From IMG/VR virus record IMGVR_UViG_3300028048_000040, positions 1-64,000 of that record: 64,000 bases of DNA. One strand, written 5' to 3'. The notes beneath the pieces were generated by a model. It was not told where the DNA came from, searched no databases, and was given only the letters and a program-made list of their open reading frames with translations. How positions within the stretch are numbered: the first letter of the stretch is position 1; each line of letters starts with the position of its first letter. The translations under genes and the position numbers were made by a program. Positions 50,643 through 61,503 of this stretch are shown piece by piece. The stretch comes from a virus. Lineage: Duplodnaviria; Caudoviricetes.

Positions 50643-51971
50643 ATGGCAGCACCTGTTACAACTGGCAAATATGTCAGTGGTCTGAGTGGAATGAGCATTG
50701 ATGACTATATCAAATGCGTCTATGAAGCACCATTTGACAATGTTGCTGGATATTTTTCTCAGTTAGGTAATAAAGAACCATGGATAGAGATGCATACTAC
50801 TACTAATGGTGGAGCTGAAGTAGTAAGTAAAGAACCGTATAGTGAACTTCCTACTACTCCAACATCAAACAATATCTCTGGTTTCTTTTATCTGATTAAA
50901 GTAGATAATGGTATGCTTATTGCTGATCGTATGGTTCAGCAAGCTATCTCATGGGAATCTCTTAATAAGAAAAACTACATCTATGGTGGTGTATTTGATA
51001 CTGTTAATAGTAGAACTGTGTGCTATAAAGACATTCAGTCCAGAGAATATAATTCTGAAACTGATACCACTACAGAAGTTACTAAATATTATAATCCAGA
51101 TAATGGTGAAGAGATTACTGCTGCTCAGGCACAGAATTACTTTAATGATTATGATAAGAAGATTATTAAAAAATCTGTAACCTCAGTAGATAATACATCT
51201 ACTCCTACTATAATTACAACTGTAACTACTACAACTCATTATGCCTATATTCCAGATGAGCTACCAGATAGAATTCAGAATGCTGTAATTGATTATGATA
51301 GTTATGAGGACTATCTTGATTTTGATGAAGAGAAGAATATACCAGTTATAAAGATTCCTTATAATTCTGAAATCAGTGCAATCTCTGATAGACTCAATTC
51401 TGTTACTCAGGCTAAATGCACTATACTGAAAGATGATGGCAGTACTGAGCAAGTCAATATTGATGTTACTTGGGATTATAATCTAAGAGATAAAGATGAT
51501 AACATTGTTGATCCTGTATATAAGAAGGGTGACGTAGACAATGTAATTATCTATGGTGATCTTGCTGATATGGATATTGATCCAGAACATCCAATTCAGA
51601 ATCCAAATGATATCAAAGCATCTTGTGTTGTTATGATTCAAACTGATGAAATCGTAGGAGTTAAAACACAAATTGCTGATATTACAGTAAATACTGAAAC
51701 TGGTGCAGTTGATCTTTCAGATCAGCTTGCTAATACATATCCTTCTTGTACTGTATATTGCCAGAGATATGGTGCTGCAGAAGATGAAGAACCATATGAA
51801 CAACCAAATGTTGCTATCGTATGGGATGCAAGCAACTATACTCCTGGTGTAGTTGGTACAACTACAATTGTTGGTGAACTTAGTGGATATAAGAGCTATG
51901 GTTTAAGCAATACTGCTGGTATTAGAGTAGAAGTTACTGTAATTACTGAACCTGTAGTTTCTGGTTCTTAA
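50643..51971 (+). CDS. virion protein with partial CLec-like domain and Ig-like repeats
   Basis: GFFY.I...IADR.VQ..ISWE.LN motif shared with 52962; C-terminal Big_4-like units. Confidence 0.65.
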   Translation: MAAPVTTGKYVSGLSGMSIDDYIKCVYEAPFDNVAGYFSQLGNKEPWIEMHTTTNGGAEVVSKEPYSELPTTPTSNNISGFFYLIKVDNGMLIADRMVQQAISWESLNKKNYIYGGVFDTVNSRTVCYKDIQSREYNSETDTTTEVTKYYNPDNGEEITAAQAQNYFNDYDKKIIKKSVTSVDNTSTPTIITTVTTTTHYAYIPDELPDRIQNAVIDYDSYEDYLDFDEEKNIPVIKIPYNSEISAISDRLNSVTQAKCTILKDDGSTEQVNIDVTWDYNLRDKDDNIVDPVYKKGDVDNVIIYGDLADMDIDPEHPIQNPNDIKASCVVMIQTDEIVGVKTQIADITVNTETGAVDLSDQLANTYPSCTVYCQRYGAAEDEEPYEQPNVAIVWDASNYTPGVVGTTTIVGELSGYKSYGLSNTAGIRVEVTVITEPVVSGS

Positions 51972-52115
51972 TACAGAGAGTAATAAAAGAATAACTTATA
52001 AACTTAGAATAGAATAGGCTAAATAAGCCTATTCTTTTCTTATTCTAGACAATAGTGTAACGGGATATTATAACCCCATTATACATTTACAATGCAATGT
52101 AAAGGAGGCCCTTTT

Positions 52116-52922
52116 ATGGCAACTACATTAAGTTACCTAGACACTAAAAATCATAGACTCTATGATAGAACTAAAGCTTCTATTACTCAAGGTTTAGTTA
52201 CTATCACTAATGAGTTTGGTAAATTTGATGGTTCTTGTATCGACTTTACTAATCCATCTCATACTGGTATTCTGTTTCCTAATGGAGTAAATTACTCTAA
52301 CGAAGCATTTACTATTTCTGCTTGGATTAGACTAACTGATACAATTGATAACTTTGTTTTCATTGGCAATGCTGATGATGTAACAGATATTGATGCTTGG
52401 GAGACTGGTAATGATACTGCATTATCTGCAGAGACTTTAGATCATACTACTCCTACCGAGTTTGTTGTTTCTACTGATGCCCAGCATCTAGTAAACGCTA
52501 GTATTATTGCCTTAGAAGATTATTCTTGGCATCATTTTGTATTAACTCGTATTAAAGGATCTCCAAATGATTCTCTGATTCAGTTTGTTGATGGTGTTAA
52601 GATTTCTGAAACTACTTTAGAGACAGCTAAGAATATTGACTTCTCTAAACTAGTAATTGGTTGTAGTGGTGGAGAAAATCCATTGATTGGTTATATGGAT
52701 GATTTCTGCTTAATTAAAGGAGCTAATCTTTGGACTGCAGCATTTACTCCTCCAGCAGTTCCTATTAGAGAAGCAACTGGACTGACTGCTCAGTCAGATA
52801 TTGCTTCTCAGACTGCTAGAACATGGAATGGTAGTACTGATATTATTGATTGCTCTACTAACCCAAATATTGCTACTTGGGAATTACTAGAACTGAATAA
52901 AAGTTTCGCTCTTAAGCTATAA
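52116..52922 (+). CDS. LamG domain protein
   Basis: FTISAWI, WHHFVLTR, FVDG, GYMDDF, FTPP; late promoter 52048-52059. Confidence 0.8.
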   Translation: MATTLSYLDTKNHRLYDRTKASITQGLVTITNEFGKFDGSCIDFTNPSHTGILFPNGVNYSNEAFTISAWIRLTDTIDNFVFIGNADDVTDIDAWETGNDTALSAETLDHTTPTEFVVSTDAQHLVNASIIALEDYSWHHFVLTRIKGSPNDSLIQFVDGVKISETTLETAKNIDFSKLVIGCSGGENPLIGYMDDFCLIKGANLWTAAFTPPAVPIREATGLTAQSDIASQTARTWNGSTDIIDCSTNPNIATWELLELNKSFALKL

Positions 52923-52961
52923 GCTTTTCTATTAATACAATAATGGAAAGGGGATTTAAAT

Positions 52962-55900
52962 ATGGCAGTAGGCCAAGTATATTCCACTCCTGAAGAAGGA
53001 TGGAAACAAGTAAATTGTAACTTAAATCCTAATTTATATACCTTTGTTAATATGAACTATGGTGGCGATGGTAATGCTGCTAGTGGTGGTTTATGGTATC
53101 CTTCTCCTGGTGGAATGAATAAACTTAATTACCAGACTCCTCATAACCATGCATTTATGTTTTGTAACTTCACTGGTACTAAAATTAGAATCATTGGTTA
53201 CTCAACAAATACCAGTTCAACTTCAGAAATTGCATCTATTTATATTGATGGTAATTATGCTGGTAAATGGTATGTACCATCTGATAGATCTGTTGGTAAT
53301 ATTTACAGATTCTGTGGATATGAAAATACAAATCTGACTGATAAAGAACATACCTTGCTTATCGTTGTAGAACCAGAATCTGGTAGATGGCATTTCGATT
53401 GTCTTCACATTGGTGAAAATGCTAGTGTAATTAAATCTATTACATCTACACAGAATCCTTTTTCATTAACAGATGCTAATAAATGTATTTATGAATTAAA
53501 TAAAAATCAATTCAGAGCATTTACTGGTATGGATGATAAAGAAGCCAAGAAGATAAAAAATGGTACTATCATCACTGCTAAATATCTTGAAATCAATCCA
53601 ACTGTGTTTGGTATATTATCAGATATTAGAATTTCTAGCTCTCCAGTAGATAATGATGTCAGATCTGGTGAAGGTATTAATCTAGAGACTAAACCATATT
53701 TTGATTTCTATACAACTCCAGAAGATCCTGATGTATATGAGCTTAAAGGTACTAATGTAGTATTTAAGACTACTAGAGGTCTTAAAGAGACAAATGGTGT
53801 TACAGAAACTATTGATCCTTCTAAATATCAAGAAGTGATTGACGTAGATTATACTAATAAGAAACTTTCAGTAGTTCCTAAGAATGCAGTATTGAAGACT
53901 AAACAATTGATTCCAGTAGATGATACTTTCTCTGGTATTAAATGTACATTTACTCATAGTGATATGAGTATTAAGTATCTCATATCTTTAGATAATGAAA
54001 ACTTCTTCACTTATGATGCTACGGAAGCTACATGGATGGCTGCTTCTATTGATGAAATTGACGAAAAAGGCATTACCGATTTTTATACAATTCCATATGC
54101 AGATATGGTTACATTCTTTGGTGGATATGATAAAGTTGGTATAGTAATGAAGCTATATGTGGAAGATCCAAATGATGTTGCATTCTATAGTATGACAGAT
54201 AGAAAATTCTCAGGATTTAAATTCACTACAGGAGATCCTGCTCTCTGTAGAGTAGAATCCTGTGTAAGGGATGTAAACTTCTATGTCAATGATATAGGAG
54301 GATCTTATAATGGGAATGAGAAATCTCTTATCTGTGATACTGTATTGAGCAAAGGTATCAACTGGACTAAAGTTAATGACTTAAATAGATCTTACTCTGA
54401 ATATAGTGATTCTGACGTTATCACCACTATTGGTTATGATGTAACCTATTCAGATTATGATGTTCAGGCGGCTCTTAGATTGCTTACTACTGAAGATTAT
54501 AATACTTATGTATTAGATCCAGCAAATGCTGCTAAGCTCAATCCATCAAAAGATGTAGCTACTTGGGTAGATAATGGGGCTAATCTGACTAATAATGAAG
54601 ATTTCAATGCTCTTGGCGATTCTACTCTTACTATTACTCATGCTACTGCAGATAAAAATACAGTATATGATAATATTGGTATTCGTCCTCAGCTGTTCTT
54701 TAACACCAGATCTAAGGTATATCATAGATTCGATTCTGAAACTTATCTACCAGTAGTAAGAAAGGTTAAAGATCTTGAACCTGGTAAAGCAATTGCTTGC
54801 TCTTATACTGCTACCACTTCTGGTGTAGCTGCAGGAGCTGAAGGATTTGCTATTGGTAAGAATGGTAAATCTCTATTACCAGACTATGGTCTTACTACTC
54901 CAGATGGATACTTCTATTTCATCTGTGTAGGTTATGCTCCTTCTGGTGCATTAAAATGTATTGCAGATAGAAATATTCAGACCAATATCTCTTGGGAAGC
55001 ATTGAATGATAAAGGTTACTGTGTAACTTCTGGTGTACCTCTCAAATTTGGTTCTGCTAAGAACTGCTTACTGAGACTTCCAAACACTGTATCTGAAAAT
55101 ACATCTGGCTGGGATAATCTTGGTGAATGGGATGCTTGTATTTCTTATTATGGTCAGCATGGTATTAATCCATCTTCCAATGCAGTATGGAATGCATCCT
55201 CAAGATATTCTTGGACTCTTGTAACTCCACAAGGAGCAATGGCTAATCGTATTGTTCGTGGTTATCAAGATGAGAGTACTGTTGCAAATACATATGCTCA
55301 GAATGCTACTATGGTAGAAACATATGGTGGTGGTACTGATAGAGTATCTACTTATGTTGGTGCTGATGTTGGTTTCCGTCCAGTTATTGAAATTCAGACT
55401 TATGTAGATGAATCTCAGATTACTACATATCCTGAATGCTATCTTGATATTGCTCCTTCTATTGGTGCTTGTAAACCTGGTCAAGCAATAGTATGTGAAT
55501 ATAGACAAGATACTGCTAATGTGGCTGGTGCTGCTAATGCATTCAGCTTTAATCCAGATTCTTCTAAAGATCCTATTGCTGATCCTGCTCCAGATACACC
55601 AAATGGTAAATTCTATTTCGTATGTGTAGGATATGCTCCATCTGGTGCTAAGAAGTTTGTTGCTGATAGAAATATCCAGACAAATGTATCTTGGGAAGAT
55701 CTTAATGACAAAGGATACTGTGTAACTTCTGGTGTTGATGTATCAGAACAGACTGGATTTGAAAAGTCTCTTATGAGATTAATGGTATCTGATGTTACCA
55801 ATTATAATATGCGTCTTGAATCTTCTGAATGGGATGCTATTATAATGAGAGAGAACATTGGTAATACCGATGTATCTGCTGCTGGTTGCAATTACTGGAA

Positions 55901-56645
55901 TATGAAGAAATCCTTAAGCTGGATGCTCAATACTCCTCATGACGTAAACGCTTCTGGTAACGTAGGTAAAATGAGTGATCGTGTTGTTCGTGGTAAAGAA
56001 ACTATTGATTATGGTGATGAACCAAACATGATGTCTGATTCTCAAGTAAGATCTGCATCTATTGGTTTCCGTCCTGTACTTGAAGTAAGAATCGAAGGTA
56101 AAACTGCATACCATAATTGCAAGATTAATACTACTCGTGTATCTGAAAAGAACCCAGAAAATCTATTCATTGGTATTGATGGTTCTTATGAATTCTTTGA
56201 TGAACGTCAAAGTGCTGCTAATGCGTCTATGACCATGTTTATTAATAATGATTTTGAGAACCCAGACTTCAATCCTGAAATGAGTGATGAAGATCGTACT
56301 TATCATTATGACTTACCAATCTCTATGCTAGAATATGGTGACAACGTAATCAAGATTGTATTAAGCACATTTACTAGAGGGACAGATAAGAGTGGTAATG
56401 AAACCATTGAAGATAAAGTAGATAATGAATTCGAATATCATATCTTCAAAGAATATCTCAAGAAACCAGAATGTCAGACTAAGATGAGAGAACTTGAATC
56501 TTATACTGCTGGTTTTGATATGGGTAATGGTTTAACCATCGAAAGTAATACTGTTGTTAATAATGGTAAAGTAAAATCTACTGAATCTCCAGAAGAGATA
56601 CTGATTCCTGCTAATACCATTAAGATTACATTTAGTGCTGAGTAA
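52962..56645 (+). CDS. large tail-fibre-like protein with three C-type-lectin-like (G(F/I)RP-terminated) domains
   Basis: Repeats with ADRNIQTN.SW..LN...EWD...W...SW...R.VRG...GFRPV; a third, diverged copy ends GIRPQL. Confidence 0.65.
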   Translation: MAVGQVYSTPEEGWKQVNCNLNPNLYTFVNMNYGGDGNAASGGLWYPSPGGMNKLNYQTPHNHAFMFCNFTGTKIRIIGYSTNTSSTSEIASIYIDGNYAGKWYVPSDRSVGNIYRFCGYENTNLTDKEHTLLIVVEPESGRWHFDCLHIGENASVIKSITSTQNPFSLTDANKCIYELNKNQFRAFTGMDDKEAKKIKNGTIITAKYLEINPTVFGILSDIRISSSPVDNDVRSGEGINLETKPYFDFYTTPEDPDVYELKGTNVVFKTTRGLKETNGVTETIDPSKYQEVIDVDYTNKKLSVVPKNAVLKTKQLIPVDDTFSGIKCTFTHSDMSIKYLISLDNENFFTYDATEATWMAASIDEIDEKGITDFYTIPYADMVTFFGGYDKVGIVMKLYVEDPNDVAFYSMTDRKFSGFKFTTGDPALCRVESCVRDVNFYVNDIGGSYNGNEKSLICDTVLSKGINWTKVNDLNRSYSEYSDSDVITTIGYDVTYSDYDVQAALRLLTTEDYNTYVLDPANAAKLNPSKDVATWVDNGANLTNNEDFNALGDSTLTITHATADKNTVYDNIGIRPQLFFNTRSKVYHRFDSETYLPVVRKVKDLEPGKAIACSYTATTSGVAAGAEGFAIGKNGKSLLPDYGLTTPDGYFYFICVGYAPSGALKCIADRNIQTNISWEALNDKGYCVTSGVPLKFGSAKNCLLRLPNTVSENTSGWDNLGEWDACISYYGQHGINPSSNAVWNASSRYSWTLVTPQGAMANRIVRGYQDESTVANTYAQNATMVETYGGGTDRVSTYVGADVGFRPVIEIQTYVDESQITTYPECYLDIAPSIGACKPGQAIVCEYRQDTANVAGAANAFSFNPDSSKDPIADPAPDTPNGKFYFVCVGYAPSGAKKFVADRNIQTNVSWEDLNDKGYCVTSGVDVSEQTGFEKSLMRLMVSDVTNYNMRLESSEWDAIIMRENIGNTDVSAAGCNYWNMKKSLSWMLNTPHDVNASGNVGKMSDRVVRGKETIDYGDEPNMMSDSQVRSASIGFRPVLEVRIEGKTAYHNCKINTTRVSEKNPENLFIGIDGSYEFFDERQSAANASMTMFINNDFENPDFNPEMSDEDRTYHYDLPISMLEYGDNVIKIVLSTFTRGTDKSGNETIEDKVDNEFEYHIFKEYLKKPECQTKMRELESYTAGFDMGNGLTIESNTVVNNGKVKSTESPEEILIPANTIKITFSAE

Positions 56646-56659
56646 GGAGGGGAATTGAA

Positions 56660-58414
56660 ATGAGTAGACTTTGTGCATTTAGATCTTCTTTGGTACCTCA
56701 GTACTATGTATTCAATGATGATAAAACTGCTTTAATTCCTATTAAGTTTAATCCATCTGATCCTATTTATGCTGCTTGGATGGATCCTAATGAACTTAAT
56801 AATCTTACTGAAGAGCAGTGTGTTAAAGTAGCTGGGTACTATCTCGAACTATATTCTGATATAGAAGATGATGTATATAATGTGACTATGGAGAATTATG
56901 ATATTCTCCAAACAACCGATAAATCACATTTTATACTTAGTGGATTCGGTGGAATTCTTGGTATGAAATTTGCTGATACTAGTACAACCTGCCATATTAT
57001 TCTGAGTTTTGACAATAGACAAACTTGGGTATATTATGATTCTGTTACTGGCGAATGGAAGAAAACATTCTTATCTAGAATTCATACTTCTCAATCTAAT
57101 ACTATTCAACAGGTCAATAACTTTGGTGAAGCTATCTTTGCTAAAATATTCAAGAAACATTGTAATTTAGATTATGCAATTGCTATTGAGAATTCAGAGC
57201 ATGTTGGTTCAGTTACTCTATCTCTTCCTGATAACTATGGTCCTACTATCATTGCATTAGATATCACTGGTGATGAAGATGGAGACGACCAAATTTCAAC
57301 TCATGAAAAGAAAGTCAATGTATTTGCCCATATAGATGATCCAGAAGGAGACGACGTCTTTTATGAAATTAGACGTAAATTTAAAGGAAAAGAAATGGAA
57401 GGATTTAATGGAGTTCCTCCAATTGAATCTGGTAAATGTAATCCTTACGCTAATGGCAAATACTATTATACTATCGATCCAAAGAATTTTGAAATAGGTA
57501 TGAATGAGATCATCTTTGTCTTTACTGATGAAAAAGGAGACAGTAACCAAGCTTCTATTTTCATCAATAAGATAAATACCGATGCTGTTATCTCTTTATC
57601 TGTATTTAGAGATAAACTCACCTATTCTATAGTAGATGAAGATTCAGATAAAGGAAAGTATAGAATTCGAATCAATGATGTAGATATCTTGACACCAGGA
57701 TATGTTCCTGCTGAAAAACCAGGTATTGATTCTAATGGGGATGCAGCTGGAACACAAGAAGAACCTATTAAACTTGAAGATGATATGGTCACTGGTTGGT
57801 CAGAAATTATGGATGTTCCTATAGAAGTTACAGACAATAATCCTATGCAGATTCCTTGGGATAAGATCAAATTTGGTGTGATTAATACAATAACCATAGA
57901 ATTCCAAGAAGAGTTCTATAATGCTGTCAAATTAAAATCATCTGTAGACTTTATTGGTACTTACTTTGGTATACTGTTTGTTGATCCAGCAGAACCATTC
58001 TATATCAATAATGATCCTACTAAACCTAATATCAATCATTATTATTCCACATCTCTTGGAGAAGTGCTTAAGAAGATCCAGCTTGGTGGTGTAACTCATA
58101 CTCAGAATTCTAAGACTGTCGAAGTAGGTGTTATTAACCTTAGTGGTGAAAAGATATCTCAGGCAGTTATTAATGGATTCACTAATAAAGATGAAAACTA
58201 TAGAGTATCAGTTTCAACTTCTGAAACATTTAATCCATTGAGTGATAATCTGACTATTCATTTTGATAATATAGATAATTATGATCCAACTGCAGAAAAA
58301 CCTGATATGAGAAGATTCTATGTGAAGTTATTCTCATTAGATACAGTAAATGCAGATGTGGATGACATGATTACTGTAAAAACAAATGAAGAGTCTACGA
58401 GCAATAATAGCTAA
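56660..58414 (+). CDS. hypothetical virion protein
   Basis: N-domain related to the C-domain of the LamG paralogs; DDPEGD.V.Y Ig-like motif. Confidence 0.65.
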   Translation: MSRLCAFRSSLVPQYYVFNDDKTALIPIKFNPSDPIYAAWMDPNELNNLTEEQCVKVAGYYLELYSDIEDDVYNVTMENYDILQTTDKSHFILSGFGGILGMKFADTSTTCHIILSFDNRQTWVYYDSVTGEWKKTFLSRIHTSQSNTIQQVNNFGEAIFAKIFKKHCNLDYAIAIENSEHVGSVTLSLPDNYGPTIIALDITGDEDGDDQISTHEKKVNVFAHIDDPEGDDVFYEIRRKFKGKEMEGFNGVPPIESGKCNPYANGKYYYTIDPKNFEIGMNEIIFVFTDEKGDSNQASIFINKINTDAVISLSVFRDKLTYSIVDEDSDKGKYRIRINDVDILTPGYVPAEKPGIDSNGDAAGTQEEPIKLEDDMVTGWSEIMDVPIEVTDNNPMQIPWDKIKFGVINTITIEFQEEFYNAVKLKSSVDFIGTYFGILFVDPAEPFYINNDPTKPNINHYYSTSLGEVLKKIQLGGVTHTQNSKTVEVGVINLSGEKISQAVINGFTNKDENYRVSVSTSETFNPLSDNLTIHFDNIDNYDPTAEKPDMRRFYVKLFSLDTVNADVDDMITVKTNEESTSNNS

Positions 58415-58447
58415 CCTAAGCAATACAATGCAAAGGAGAGAATAATA

Positions 58448-60322
58448 ATGGCAGTATATACAAATAATCTTGCGGTCGAAGCTTCTATAATTGACCCTAT
58501 TACCAAAGTAGTACCTGTATATCCTGTTAAGGATGCATATCTTTCTCAAGCAGAACCTGTGTTTCCACATGGTATACAGAAATCTTTGATTCTGAATAAC
58601 TCTACAGAGCAAGATTTTGTTGGTAATAAAATCATAATGGCATTTGATGTGCCAAAACTAAAAGACCCTCAATATGAGAATCTAATTTCTGTTACATTGG
58701 AACTCCAATGTATCACTACTCCAAAAAGAGATGTAAATATTGGTATTAAATATCATATTGATAATGACTGGATTGAAGATGGTACTACTTGGTTAGGTCA
58801 ACCTGAAGACGATCCAGAGTATATTCAGATGAAGACTTTATCAGCAAATGAAAAATTACTGGTATATGATCTTACTGATTTATTTACTTCTCATAATAAT
58901 ACAGAGTTCCATTTACCACTTACTATAATGGAGCAAGAATCTAATACAACTCAGCGCAAGGTTCAGTTCTATTCTAGAGAAGCAGGCACTAGATATTCTC
59001 CAGTACTCAAAATAACTTATGCATATTTTGCAGAGATGATGGATGCTAAAAAGATAGATGGTACTGTTAAAATTAGAAGATATGTTCCTGATAACAATGT
59101 ATTTCCACCAGTAAAACCTCCAGAACTTCCAGGTACTCTTGAAATAGAAGGCGGTATATCTAGCAGCTATTTCCCAGCTAAGGATACTATTCCTGGTGTT
59201 ATTGGTATTACAACATTTGATGATCATAAAGATCTAGAAGGTACTTTGGTTGTAAGAAAAAATATTTACAACTTTATGCCTGATATTGATAAACTTCCTG
59301 GTACTGTTACTATTAGACGCTATTCTGACCATAAATTCAAAGGTAAAGTAGACGTTAATATTTATATTACTAGAAAAGGTTTCCCAAAAGTAGATGACCC
59401 ACCAGCTAGATTACCTTCAGATGGTAGATGGGTTCAACCTCTCTCAATTCCATATCTTAAAGGTAAAATAGCCATCACTATATTTGATGGTAATAAAGAT
59501 CTTAATGGTGAAGTTAGAGTTGCTAGACCTGCATATCTCAATGGTCATATACTAACACCTAAATATCATGCTGTCCTTGATTCTTCAGTAGAACTTCCTA
59601 GTGAACTTGATGGATCACCAAAAGATTGGGATAAGTATGTTCATGCTAATGACTTTACTGGTGTAGTTACAGTTAGACGTAATGTTCCTAACGATACTGA
59701 AGACGCTCCAGAAATAACTGATGGTCATGTGTCTATAGCTAAATACTTTGCTATCCTTGATCCTTCAATAGAACTTCCTAGTGAACTTGATGGAAAGCCA
59801 GAAGAACACTTTAGATATGTTCATGCTAATGATTTTGCAGGCACAGTTAATATTAGACGCAATGTTCCTAATGCTAAAGAAGATGCTCCAGAACTTAATG
59901 GTGTAGTAGCAATTACAACCATTAATGATACTAAAGATTTTGAAGGTGTAGTAAGAATAAGAGATTATGATTACTTCCCACCGAAGAAAGATAAAGAAGG
60001 CAATCCAATAGTTCCTGGTAATATTACTATCCATGAATACTTTGTACCTGATCCTGAAGCTGAACCTCCAGTAGAAGCTCCAGAACTTAATGGTCATATT
60101 CTGGTCATTGGTCATAGATATGAAGATCTTGGTGGTCATATTAGTATACCAGATAAGAAAGATTTGAATTGCCATCTCAAAACTAGAGCTAGAAGATTTG
60201 CTGATCTTCCTCCAACTCCTCATAGAGATCCAGTAACAGGTGAAATGGTTCCTGGTGCATTACCTGGTAAGATTACTATAGACAGTGCTTCTAATGGAGC
60301 ATATGCTTTCATTATAGTATAA
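58448..60322 (+). CDS. DNRLRE/CBM96-domain protein with C-terminal Pro-rich repeats
   Basis: DAYLS...FD.P...W.E...TW...P...FYSRE.G...P.L.I.Y. Confidence 0.7.
   Translation: MAVYTNNLAVEASIIDPITKVVPVYPVKDAYLSQAEPVFPHGIQKSLILNNSTEQDFVGNKIIMAFDVPKLKDPQYENLISVTLELQCITTPKRDVNIGIKYHIDNDWIEDGTTWLGQPEDDPEYIQMKTLSANEKLLVYDLTDLFTSHNNTEFHLPLTIMEQESNTTQRKVQFYSREAGTRYSPVLKITYAYFAEMMDAKKIDGTVKIRRYVPDNNVFPPVKPPELPGTLEIEGGISSSYFPAKDTIPGVIGITTFDDHKDLEGTLVVRKNIYNFMPDIDKLPGTVTIRRYSDHKFKGKVDVNIYITRKGFPKVDDPPARLPSDGRWVQPLSIPYLKGKIAITIFDGNKDLNGEVRVARPAYLNGHILTPKYHAVLDSSVELPSELDGSPKDWDKYVHANDFTGVVTVRRNVPNDTEDAPEITDGHVSIAKYFAILDPSIELPSELDGKPEEHFRYVHANDFAGTVNIRRNVPNAKEDAPELNGVVAITTINDTKDFEGVVRIRDYDYFPPKKDKEGNPIVPGNITIHEYFVPDPEAEPPVEAPELNGHILVIGHRYEDLGGHISIPDKKDLNCHLKTRARRFADLPPTPHRDPVTGEMVPGALPGKITIDSASNGAYAFIIV
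59561..59895 (+). repeat. tandem ~180-bp (60 aa) intragenic duplication
   Basis: ELPSELDG...YVHANDF.G.V..RRNVPN..EDAPE occurs twice. Confidence 0.85.
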
Positions 60323-60447
60323 CTCTGTTCAATTTTATTAACATTCCTAGGGATATATAATCCCTAGGATTGTTTTCTTAGACATGTGAATAAAGAGAGG
60401 TTTCTCTTTATGCATAAATAGAAACAATTATAAGGAGGTAACGTAAT

Positions 60448-60930
60448 ATGGCTGCTCCGTCTATTACAGTTGTTAATGCTGCAACTAATACTACTATACC
60501 TAATTGGTCTGTAGGTGTTGTTAAAGCAAATAATAGTTCTACTGTTCTTTCAATTCAGATTTGGAATAATCGTGGTGGTAGTACTGATCTGGCTGATCTT
60601 AGAGATGCATCTATTACTTCACTTGATATTGATGGTGGTAATTCTTCTGATCCAGTTGCTAATAAATGGTTACATGTAAATGTACCACAGATGGATGGTG
60701 CTTCTTCTTGGACTCCTGTTGGTGGTACTAGTACTAAATTTATTCGTGGTGATACAGTTACTGCTACTGAAGGCAATATTATCAAAGGTACTGCTAATGA
60801 TGGTAATGCTTCTACCACAGCATCTAAAGTAAACTATACTACAGTAAATCTAAGAGTAGATGTTCCTGTGAATGCTACTCCAAATACTTATAACTTTAAG
60901 ACCAGAATTAATGGTTACTATGTTGGTTAA
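60448..60930 (+). CDS. virion protein, paralog of 49326
   Basis: Shared motifs; late promoter 60381-60392. Confidence 0.75.
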   Translation: MAAPSITVVNAATNTTIPNWSVGVVKANNSSTVLSIQIWNNRGGSTDLADLRDASITSLDIDGGNSSDPVANKWLHVNVPQMDGASSWTPVGGTSTKFIRGDTVTATEGNIIKGTANDGNASTTASKVNYTTVNLRVDVPVNATPNTYNFKTRINGYYVG

Positions 60931-60944
60931 TGGAGGTGACTTAA

Positions 60945-61415
60945 ATGGGTCCACTAATCGGCATATATAATGAAGCTAATTCTGCTCTACAGGCTACATG
61001 GGATGTAGGTATTGTTAGAGCACAAATTCCATCTGATGAATTGACTATCAATATTTGGAATAATAGAACTGGTGCTACTGATGTATCTGATTTAAGAGAA
61101 CCTATGCTTGCTGTTTTAGATTCTAATGGTCTAACTTCAGATACAGCAGTTCCTAAAGATAAATGGGTTCAGGTTAATGTAGAATCAGTAGATGGTAATA
61201 CAACTACTTGGACTCCTATTGGCGGTACTGTTACTAAATTACTAAGAGCTAATGATTTAGTAACCGAGGATATTATTAAAGGTACTATGAATAATGGTGA
61301 TCCTCTTCTGTTTCCACAGAATGTATGTACTACTAAGCTTAGAATTGTTGCTCCTCTCAATTCTATTCCTGGTGATTTCTCTTTCAAAATTAGACTTACT
61401 GGTTACTTTACCTAA
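60945..61415 (+). CDS. virion protein, paralog of 60448
   Basis: IWNNR.G.TD..DLR, KW..VNV...DG...WTP.GG, IIKGT.N.G. Confidence 0.8.
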   Translation: MGPLIGIYNEANSALQATWDVGIVRAQIPSDELTINIWNNRTGATDVSDLREPMLAVLDSNGLTSDTAVPKDKWVQVNVESVDGNTTTWTPIGGTVTKLLRANDLVTEDIIKGTMNNGDPLLFPQNVCTTKLRIVAPLNSIPGDFSFKIRLTGYFT

Positions 61416-61503
61416 TATTATCCTCTACCCATATTGGGTAGAGGATTTTTAATTATCCTATAAACTTCTAAGTAATCATTTATTTATTATAGGGGGTATC
61501 CAT

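Noticed and set aside
52962-56645. Complete diversity-generating retroelement
   Set aside because: No reverse transcriptase or adenine-variant template repeat is seen in the window.
4103-61387. Numerous short ORFs nested in or antisense to long genes
   Set aside because: They lack SD sequences and are shadows of well-supported genes.
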